Assembly: GCA_963837345.1 (NCBI GenBank)
Contig: CAWIMX010000001.1
Location: 3,086,959 to 3,150,958 of the forward strand
Direction: 5' to 3'
Origin: an uncultured Acidobacteriota bacterium
GTDB taxonomy: Bacteria > Acidobacteriota > Vicinamibacteria > Vicinamibacterales > CAVVIG01
DNA: 64,000 bases
The position numbers and the translations under genes were made by a program. How positions within the stretch are numbered: the stretch's first letter is position 1; every line of letters starts with the position of its first letter. A model generated the notes under the pieces. That model saw nothing but the letters and a program-made list of their open reading frames with translations, did no database searches and had not been told where the DNA came from. Positions 57,315 through 64,000 of the stretch are shown one piece after another.

Positions 57315-60300
57315 GTGACCGGCCGGTGGAAATTTCTCGCGGCGTACGGCTGTTCGGGCCTCGCCGCCCTCGCCTACGAAGTCGTCTGGACGCGATGGCT
57401 GACGCTGTACATGGGCCACTCCACGGCAGCGGCGAGCACCGTGTTTGCTGCCTTCATGGGCGGCATGGGTGCGGGCTCGGCGGCGATCGCGCACTTCGCT
57501 CCGCGGCTTTCTCGGCGCCAGGCGCTCTACGCGTACGCGATGCTCGAGGCGTTTGTCGCCCTGGCGGCCCTGGCCGTGCCACTGGCACTGACCGCGTCCA
57601 GCCCGGTCCTCGTGTGGGCCTATCGGGACGGCGCCGTGGGACCGCTCTTCCCCCTCGTCAGACTGGCCTGCTGTTTTGTGATTCTCGTCGTGCCGGCCGC
57701 CGCGCTCGGCAGCACATTTCCCTTGGCCGTCCGTTGGTTTGTTCCGACGGGCCCTCGACCCGGGCAGCTCGCTGGACAGTTGTACGCCGTCAACACGTTC
57801 GGAGCGGCAATCGGGACAATCGCCGCGGGCTATTTCCTGATTCCGGCGATCGGCCTGAACGGCACGACGCTGGTAGGCGTAGCGGCAGGGGCGATCAGCA
57901 TCGCCCTGACGCTCTCGACGGCCAAGGATGCGGGCGACGAGGCGTCCGAGCTGACGTCCCAGCCACCGACTTCCGCATCCGGGCCTCGAGCGCGCGTCGA
58001 CCGATCCGGGCACGGGCGGGGGGGCCGCTCGGCTTCGCCCGCCTTGCCGGAGACCTTCTGGCTCGCCGCGACGGTGCTGGCGCTGACGGGCTTCGCGACG
58101 TTCATGTATGAAATCGCCTGGACGCGAGTCTTTGCCATGATCATCGGGCCGTCGACGTACGCCATTGCGGCGACGTTGACCGCGTTCATTACGGGCCTGG
58201 CGATGGGCTCGTTGGTGGGATCACGACTGGCCGGACGCTGGCTTCGGCCAACCCTGGCGCTCTCGCTGGCGCTGATTGGAGGCGCGGTGGCCGCCAGCCT
58301 GGCGGCGTTTGAGGCCGGAGGGCCGCTTCTGCGATTTCTTGTCGCGCATGCCGGCACCGCCGACACCTTCACTGCCGCCCTCTGGCGCCATTCCCTGATC
58401 GTCGCCGCGCTGGTCGCCCCGACCGCCGTGGCCTTGGGTCTCGCGTTTCCACTGTCCCTGCAGCTTGCCGGCGGGGGCCACGAACCGGAGTCGCGGCGCT
58501 TGGGAACCGCGTATGCCATCAACACGCTGGCCGCCGTCGCCGGAGCGCTGGCGGCGGGATTTGTGGCCATCCCGCTGGTCGGCCTTCAGCAGACCCTTCG
58601 TGTCGCCAGTGCGCTGCTGCTGGTCGGTGCGGCCGGTGTGAGCGTGCGATCCCGGTTCGCTACACGCGTGCGCTGGAAGCTGCTGGGGCTGGAGACGGCA
58701 GTCGTCATCCTCGTGTTCGTCGGGCCGCGGTGGGATCGCGACTTGATTTCCAGTGGGATGTACATGTACGCGAGGCAGATTCCGCAGAGTCTCGACGTCG
58801 AGACGGCTCTGAGAGCCGGCACCTTGTTGTACTACCGGGAGGGGGCGACGGCGACGGTGTCGGTCAGGCGCCTGGCCGGAGACATCTCGCTGGCGATTGA
58901 CGGCAAAGTCGACGCGTCGACATCGGGCGACATGCTCACCCAGAAGCTTCTGGCGCATGTTCCGCTGCTGCTGCATCCCGATCCGCGGGCCGTGGCCATT
59001 ATCGGCCTGGGAAGCGGCGTCACGCTCGCCTCGGCGCTCGTGCATCCAGTGGCGTCCGTCGACGTCGTCGAAATTTCCCCGGAAGTCGTGCAGGCGTCAC
59101 GCTATTTTTCTGGGGCCAACCATCACGCTCTGGACGACGCGCGGACGCGATTGATTGTCGGCGATGGTCGCTCGCACCTGTCGCTGGCATCGCGTCGCTA
59201 CGACGTCATCATTTCCGAGCCGTCGAACCCCTGGATGGCGGGCGTCGCGGCGCTGTTCACGCGCGAGTTCTTCGAGGCCGCCAGGCGCCGGCTGGCGCCC
59301 GGCGGCATCATCTGCCAGTGGGCCCACACGTACGACATCAGCGATGCCGATCTGCGATCGATCGTCGCGACGTTCAACTCGGTCTTCCAGAACGGCGCGA
59401 TGTGGCTGGTCGGCGACGGCGATCTGTTGCTCGTCGGATCGACGGAGCCGACGGGCGTGAACCTCGACAACATCGCGGCGGCGTGGAACCGGCAGGGCGT
59501 CGCCGCCGATCTGGCCGAGGTCTCCGTGGACGATGCGTTTTCGATCCTGTCGATGTTCATCGGCGGCCCGCAGGAACTGCGTCGGTACGCCGACGGGGCC
59601 GCCCTGCAAACCGACGATCGCATGGCCCTCGAGTTTTCCGGGCCCTCTGCGCTGTACGCCCCCGCCATCCGGCGCGAGAACGTCTCCATACTCCGCGGTC
59701 TTGCCCGAGAAGGATCGGTGCCTGACGCGGTGGCGCGGGCGATGGCGGCTGCGGGAGCCGCCGAATGGCGTCATCGTGGCGCGATGATGTTCCGCGCCGC
59801 CGCCTACGACGCCGCCTACGATGCCTACCTGACGGCATTGCGATCGGATCCAGGAGACGGGGAGGCGCTCGACGGTCTCGTGCGAAGCGCGGTCGCCGTT
59901 CACCGACAAGCCGATGCCATGATGACGTTGCGGTCCTTCATCGAGGCACATCCGCGGACCATCGCAATCCGCGTCGCGGCGTCGAAGTTGGCTGCGGCAG
60001 GAGGGAGCCTCACGGAGGCGACAAACCTCGCACTCGACGCCTGTCAGATCGAGCCGGTCGACCCGGCCGCCCTGGAGCAGCTCGCCTCCGTGTACTCCGA
60101 TGCCGGCGACGTCGAGAGGCTGGAGCTGGCGGTCGACGAGCTCCAACGGCGATTCCCGGAGAGAGCGGGCTCCTGGTACTACGCCGGAGCCGCGACGTTC
60201 ATGCGCGGGCAACTTCCCCTCGCGCTGGCACAGGTGACGCGCGCGGTGGCGCTCGATCCCATGCGAGCGGCCGCGCGCAATTTGGAGGGCGCGATTCAAG

Positions 60301-60533
60301 CGACGCGTGGCGACGTCGTGGCCGCCAGGAAGGCATTTGAGGCGGCCCTGGTCCTCGACGCCCGGGACAGCGCCACATATGTGAATCTCGGCCTGCTCGA
60401 TCTGGCGGCGGGCAACCCGTCTGCGGCGGTCAGTCGCTTCAGCGAAGCGCTGGTGCTCGATCCGGGATCGACGGCCGCTCAACAGGGCCTGGCAGAATCG
60501 AGAAGCGCACCCGGCGGACGCGCCGCGAAATGA
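57315..60533 (+). CDS. polytopic membrane domain fused to a spermidine-synthase-like methyltransferase fold and C-terminal TPR repeats
   Basis: 1072 aa from GTG 57315 (TAGAAT at 57257-57262, GGGAGG upstream). Two blocks of TM helices. VAIIGLGSGVTL...VDVVEISPEVV...DVIISEPSNPW aminopropyltransferase-like motifs. TPR-like C-terminus. Confidence 0.85.
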   Translation: MTGRWKFLAAYGCSGLAALAYEVVWTRWLTLYMGHSTAAASTVFAAFMGGMGAGSAAIAHFAPRLSRRQALYAYAMLEAFVALAALAVPLALTASSPVLVWAYRDGAVGPLFPLVRLACCFVILVVPAAALGSTFPLAVRWFVPTGPRPGQLAGQLYAVNTFGAAIGTIAAGYFLIPAIGLNGTTLVGVAAGAISIALTLSTAKDAGDEASELTSQPPTSASGPRARVDRSGHGRGGRSASPALPETFWLAATVLALTGFATFMYEIAWTRVFAMIIGPSTYAIAATLTAFITGLAMGSLVGSRLAGRWLRPTLALSLALIGGAVAASLAAFEAGGPLLRFLVAHAGTADTFTAALWRHSLIVAALVAPTAVALGLAFPLSLQLAGGGHEPESRRLGTAYAINTLAAVAGALAAGFVAIPLVGLQQTLRVASALLLVGAAGVSVRSRFATRVRWKLLGLETAVVILVFVGPRWDRDLISSGMYMYARQIPQSLDVETALRAGTLLYYREGATATVSVRRLAGDISLAIDGKVDASTSGDMLTQKLLAHVPLLLHPDPRAVAIIGLGSGVTLASALVHPVASVDVVEISPEVVQASRYFSGANHHALDDARTRLIVGDGRSHLSLASRRYDVIISEPSNPWMAGVAALFTREFFEAARRRLAPGGIICQWAHTYDISDADLRSIVATFNSVFQNGAMWLVGDGDLLLVGSTEPTGVNLDNIAAAWNRQGVAADLAEVSVDDAFSILSMFIGGPQELRRYADGAALQTDDRMALEFSGPSALYAPAIRRENVSILRGLAREGSVPDAVARAMAAAGAAEWRHRGAMMFRAAAYDAAYDAYLTALRSDPGDGEALDGLVRSAVAVHRQADAMMTLRSFIEAHPRTIAIRVAASKLAAAGGSLTEATNLALDACQIEPVDPAALEQLASVYSDAGDVERLELAVDELQRRFPERAGSWYYAGAATFMRGQLPLALAQVTRAVALDPMRAAARNLEGAIQATRGDVVAARKAFEAALVLDARDSATYVNLGLLDLAAGNPSAAVSRFSEALVLDPGSTAAQQGLAESRSAPGGRAAK

Positions 60534-60570
60534 CGATGAGCCGACTCGCGCCTGGGCGCGGGCTTGACGG

Positions 60571-60588
60571 CTACCCGGAATCAGGTAT
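60571..60588. promoter_or_regulatory. CTACC-N8-GGTA box 4 upstream of the sensor kinase
   Basis: CTACCCGGAATCAGGTAT. It is flanked by TTGACG (60564-60569) and lies upstream of TGGACA(60599-60604)-N18-CATACT(60623-60628). Confidence 0.45.
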
Positions 60589-60672
60589 GCCGCAGGAGTG
60601 GACAGTTCTTCCTGGCAAATTGCATACTCTTCGCTGAAATCACGATCGGGGCTCCGAGCCTGCCGGTGGCGG

Positions 60673-63618
60673 ATGAAACGAATTTTCCTCACGGCGTTCT
60701 TCGTGGCGCTGCTCCTGGTCCCGGCCGGGCGTGTGTTTCCAGGACCGGCAGACTTCGGGAACGTGCTCTCCGGCTACAGCGTGACGTCCTGGGGGCAGAA
60801 GGACGGTCTTCCGCCTGGAGTGATCTGGGCCATCGCCCAGGATCCTGCAGGATACCTGTGGCTCGGGACCGACGCCGGAGCGTTCGTCTTCGACGGCGTG
60901 CGGTTTGTCCACTGGCAGAGTCCAGCGGGAGGGGCCGCGCTGCCGGACCATGCCGTCAGGGCGGTGAGCATCTCGAAAGACGGCAGCATCTGGTTCGGCT
61001 TCGACGAGCCCGGCGGCATCAGTCGGATACGTGACGGCCAGGTCAGAAACTTCGGGGCCACAGATGGCCTCGGTCCCGGCGCCGTCACGGCGCTCTTCGA
61101 AGATCCGCAGGGCCACATGTGGGCCGGAACCCGGGATGAGCTGTATCAATTCTCCAACGGGACCTGGAACGCATCGGGCAGCGGCCTCCCATCCGCTGTC
61201 ATGTACGAGATTCGCGTCGATGGAGAGGGGCGCTTCCTGGTTGGGACGGCCGTGGGCCTCTTCGTCCGAGCAGCGGGCGAGAGCACCTTCCACCCTCTGG
61301 GGACCTCCCCCAATCCGGTTCGCGGCATCGCAGAAGGGCCGACCGGCGACGTGTGGGTCGCCGACTCGGTGACGGCGGTTCGCAAACTGCATGGGGCACC
61401 CGTGCCCATCGGCGAAAAAGGCAACGGTTCCCGTTTGCTGTACGACTCGAACGGCAATCTCTGGGTGGGCACCTTCGGACAGGGCCTCTGGCGCGTGCAA
61501 TGGCCGCCGTCGACGGCTCCCGTCCTCGAGAAGACGACAACCTTGACGGGCCTGTCCGACGACGGCGTCAGCGGACTCCTCGAAGACCGCGATGGCAATA
61601 TCTGGGTCGCTACGTACGACGGGCTGAACCGGCTCACGCCGCACCACGTCACCCCGGTATTGAATCTCGGCGTGATTCGCGGCGTCGAGGCGACACCGGA
61701 TGGGGCGGTCTGGATCGGGAGCGTCGATGGTCTTCTCGAGTTCCAGGAGGGCACGGTCCAGCCGCGTCGACAACCCCGGGACTTCGGCGGCGCGCCACCG
61801 TCGGCGATGCATGTCGACGAGCGCGGGGTGCTCTGGGTGGCCACCAGCAGGGATCTGCTGCGGTTCGACAACGGCCGGTGGTCGGTCGTGCCGCTGCCCG
61901 GGCTCCAGCCGCTGCAGTTGTCATCGATCATGTCTGACGGCATCGGGGGCGTATGGCTGTACGACCGCGCGCGTGGCCTCTGGCACTGGAGCGACGGCCT
62001 CCTGGAACCGGCCGACCTGCTGAGCGACCTGCGCCAGATCCAGATCATGTGTGTCTTTCGCGATCGAGCCGGCCTGGTCTGGCTGTCGTTTGCGGATGGC
62101 CGCCTGGCCAAGCTGGATCCTCGAGGCCAGGTCCGCGTGTACTCGCGATCGGACGGTCTCGGCGACGACGTGTACCGGGTGATTTACGAGGATCGCGCCG
62201 GTGTGCTGTGGCTGGGCGGGAACAACGGCCTCAGTCGATTGGTCGGCGGGCGGTTCCAGACGTTGAGCCCGACGAACGGCGCGCCGATCGGCGCGGTGAT
62301 CTCGATCGTCGAGGCCGACGATGACGGTCTGTGGGTCGGACTGGAAGGCGCCGGCATTGTTCGGATTGACCGAGACGAACTGCGGCAGGCCTTCGCGGAT
62401 GGCTCGTATCAGATGCGATCGGTGTTCTTTGACAAGTTCGATGGATTTGCGGGAGCGCCGCGTTGGTTTGGCAGCAGCAGCGTCGCGAAGGGGAGAGACG
62501 GGCGGCTGTGGTTCTTGAGCGCGCGGGGCGTCACCATCATCGATCCGCGCACGCTCAGGGAATGGCCGGGTCGCGTCGGTGACGTTCGTATCGACAGAGT
62601 GCTCGCCGATGGCCGCCCGATGCCACCCGGTTCGGGATCGCTTTCGCTCTCGCAGACGGCCCGGCTCGAAATCGAATATTCCGTTCCCAGCCTCACGTAT
62701 CCGTTGCGCACGCACTTCCGTTATCGCCTCGAGGGACTCGGCCCGGATTGGGTGGATGCGGGCACGCAGCGCCAGGCCGTATACACGAACCTGCCGCCGC
62801 GTCGCTATCGGTTTCGCGTCGTCGCGAGCAACACCGATGGCACATGGCCGGAAGGCGGTGCAGTCTGGGACTTCCTGGTCCCTCCGCGGTTCTACCAGAC
62901 CGCCTGGTTCTGGGGCGTGTGCGTGCTGGGCGTCGCGGCATCCATCGGGCTGGCCTGGCGCCTGCGTCTGCGTGGCCTGCGAAAGCAGTTCCTGATCTTG
63001 CTGGGAGAGCGCGCCCGGCTGAGTCGAGAAATTCACGACACGCTGCTTCAGGGATTGTGCGGGATCGGGTTGCAGTGTGACGTCATCGCCAATGATCACA
63101 CGCTGAGCGCCGCGGCCATCCGGACACGGCTGCTGCGCGTGCGCCACGAGGCCGAGGAGTACGCCCGCGAGGCGCGACGGTCGATTCTCGACCTGCGCTC
63201 GCCAAGGCTGCAGAGCCGTCAATTGGCGGAGGCGCTCCGACAGGCCGGTGAGCGCGCGATCGCCGGAAGTGAGGTGCGGCTCAACCTGGCCGTGAGCGGA
63301 GTGCCGTTTCAGAATTCAGCGCTTGCCGACGAGCAGCTGTTTCGCATCGGCCAGGAAGCGCTCATCAACGCCATCCATCATGGCGAAGCCAGCACCGTGG
63401 ACGTGGACCTGAGGTACGAGGACACGGCCGTCGTCCTCACGGTGTCCGACAACGGACACGGGTTCGATCCCGCCGATGTACGAGCGTCGCAGGGCCACTA
63501 CGGCCTGCTGAGCATGAAGGAACGCGCCGAAGCGGCGGGCGGCGCCCTCACGATCAGCAGCGGCGTCGGGCATGGCACGCAGATCGAAGCCACGGTCCCT
63601 CGACACCCATCGTCCTGA
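60673..63618 (+). CDS. sensor histidine kinase with periplasmic two-component-regulator beta-propeller/Y_Y_Y domain and HisKA_3 + HATPase core
   Basis: 981 aa from MKRIFLTAFFVALLLVPAG. Repeated GLPxxxVxxIxQDxxGxLWxGT propeller units, a TM segment WFWGVCVLGVAASIGLAW, a LSREIHDTLLQGL H-box and DNGHGF...GLLSMKERAE. Confidence 0.9.
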   Translation: MKRIFLTAFFVALLLVPAGRVFPGPADFGNVLSGYSVTSWGQKDGLPPGVIWAIAQDPAGYLWLGTDAGAFVFDGVRFVHWQSPAGGAALPDHAVRAVSISKDGSIWFGFDEPGGISRIRDGQVRNFGATDGLGPGAVTALFEDPQGHMWAGTRDELYQFSNGTWNASGSGLPSAVMYEIRVDGEGRFLVGTAVGLFVRAAGESTFHPLGTSPNPVRGIAEGPTGDVWVADSVTAVRKLHGAPVPIGEKGNGSRLLYDSNGNLWVGTFGQGLWRVQWPPSTAPVLEKTTTLTGLSDDGVSGLLEDRDGNIWVATYDGLNRLTPHHVTPVLNLGVIRGVEATPDGAVWIGSVDGLLEFQEGTVQPRRQPRDFGGAPPSAMHVDERGVLWVATSRDLLRFDNGRWSVVPLPGLQPLQLSSIMSDGIGGVWLYDRARGLWHWSDGLLEPADLLSDLRQIQIMCVFRDRAGLVWLSFADGRLAKLDPRGQVRVYSRSDGLGDDVYRVIYEDRAGVLWLGGNNGLSRLVGGRFQTLSPTNGAPIGAVISIVEADDDGLWVGLEGAGIVRIDRDELRQAFADGSYQMRSVFFDKFDGFAGAPRWFGSSSVAKGRDGRLWFLSARGVTIIDPRTLREWPGRVGDVRIDRVLADGRPMPPGSGSLSLSQTARLEIEYSVPSLTYPLRTHFRYRLEGLGPDWVDAGTQRQAVYTNLPPRRYRFRVVASNTDGTWPEGGAVWDFLVPPRFYQTAWFWGVCVLGVAASIGLAWRLRLRGLRKQFLILLGERARLSREIHDTLLQGLCGIGLQCDVIANDHTLSAAAIRTRLLRVRHEAEEYAREARRSILDLRSPRLQSRQLAEALRQAGERAIAGSEVRLNLAVSGVPFQNSALADEQLFRIGQEALINAIHHGEASTVDVDLRYEDTAVVLTVSDNGHGFDPADVRASQGHYGLLSMKERAEAAGGALTISSGVGHGTQIEATVPRHPSS

Positions 63619-63646
63619 CGTCTGATTTGGTAAAGGGGAACCCACC

Positions 63647-64000
63647 GTGCGCGATCGGATCCGCGTCTTGTGCGTCGAAGATCATCAGCTCGTCCGAGAA
63701 GGCATCACCTTGATTATCGACCGTGAGCCCGACATGAAGGTGGTCGCCGCCGCGGCCACTGGCGAGGACGCGGTGCAGTTGCACCGCCAGTGCCGGCCCG
63801 ACGTCACCTTGATGGATCTGCAGCTGGGCTCCATGACGGGAGTGGACGCCATCCGGGAGATTCGAGGGGGCACTCCCGACGCGCGCATCATCGTCTTGAC
63901 GATGTCCCAGGGCGACGAAGACATCTACCGGGCCTTGCAGGCCGGCGCCGCCACCTACCTGCTCAAGGACACGATGTCGAGCGACTTGATTCGCGTGATT
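63647..64000 (+). CDS. response regulator receiver domain (NarL/LuxR-type expected), 3' end beyond the window
   Basis: GTG 63647 after AAAGGGGA. VRDRIRVLCVEDHQLVREGITLII...DVTLMDLQLGSMTGVDAI...IIVLT. Open to the window end, so absent from the ORF track. Confidence 0.85.
   Translation, partial: MRDRIRVLCVEDHQLVREGITLIIDREPDMKVVAAAATGEDAVQLHRQCRPDVTLMDLQLGSMTGVDAIREIRGGTPDARIIVLTMSQGDEDIYRALQAGAATYLLKDTMSSDLIRVI

Noticed and set aside
1-64000. Search for tRNA, rRNA, CRISPR arrays, IS elements, integrases or prophage genes
   Set aside because: I found no cloverleaf-like or rRNA-like stretches, no short direct-repeat arrays, and no transposase or integrase-like ORFs. The only large repeat is the tandem receptor duplication.

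Overview
GC-rich bacterial chromosomal segment. The gene content points to an Acidobacteriota-like organism (inference only): PadR plus a duplicated-orphan FtsX-type permease, a TIGR02999/ECF43-type sigma factor with a Ser/Thr kinase, long Oar-like TonB receptors, and a DUF1592/DUF1552 pair. I can support about 55 protein-coding genes. I saw no rRNA, tRNA, CRISPR array, transposase or integrase. Many very long ORFs in the track are high-GC read-through or antisense artefacts; real genes were picked by recognisable protein motifs, signal peptides, RBS/-10 context and ATGA start/stop coupling, which occurs at seven junctions. Layout: 0-20 kb is metabolism (a haem-c/PHM-like Cu monooxygenase pair, DAHP synthase, PQQ dehydrogenase with dihaem cytochrome c, CoA-transferase/SDR, MBOAT plus AlgJ-like, PAS kinase, tdh-like/thrB/thrC). 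20-44 kb holds sigma-kinase-quinone oxidoreductase, MFS, the PadR locus and permease, M20 peptidase, VIT, DUF4188/HAD/PNPOx/AtoE, two tandem DUF5916 outer-membrane paralogs, PepF and an amine-oxidase operon. 44.6-64 kb is a same-strand envelope cluster of mostly unknown function: DUF1592, DUF1552, Zn-ribbon, secreted ankyrin, two about 98% identical tandem TonB receptors, a membrane spermidine-synthase/TPR fusion, and a beta-propeller sensor kinase with a response regulator. Four of its upstream regions share a CTACC-N8-GGTA box with NarL-like 7-2-7' geometry; this is my best candidate for an undescribed co-regulated system. Other notable points: five genes between 21.7 and 41 kb each need removal of a single inserted base to restore frame. 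The PadR locus has a symmetric divergent promoter with twin operators. Six genes look leaderless.
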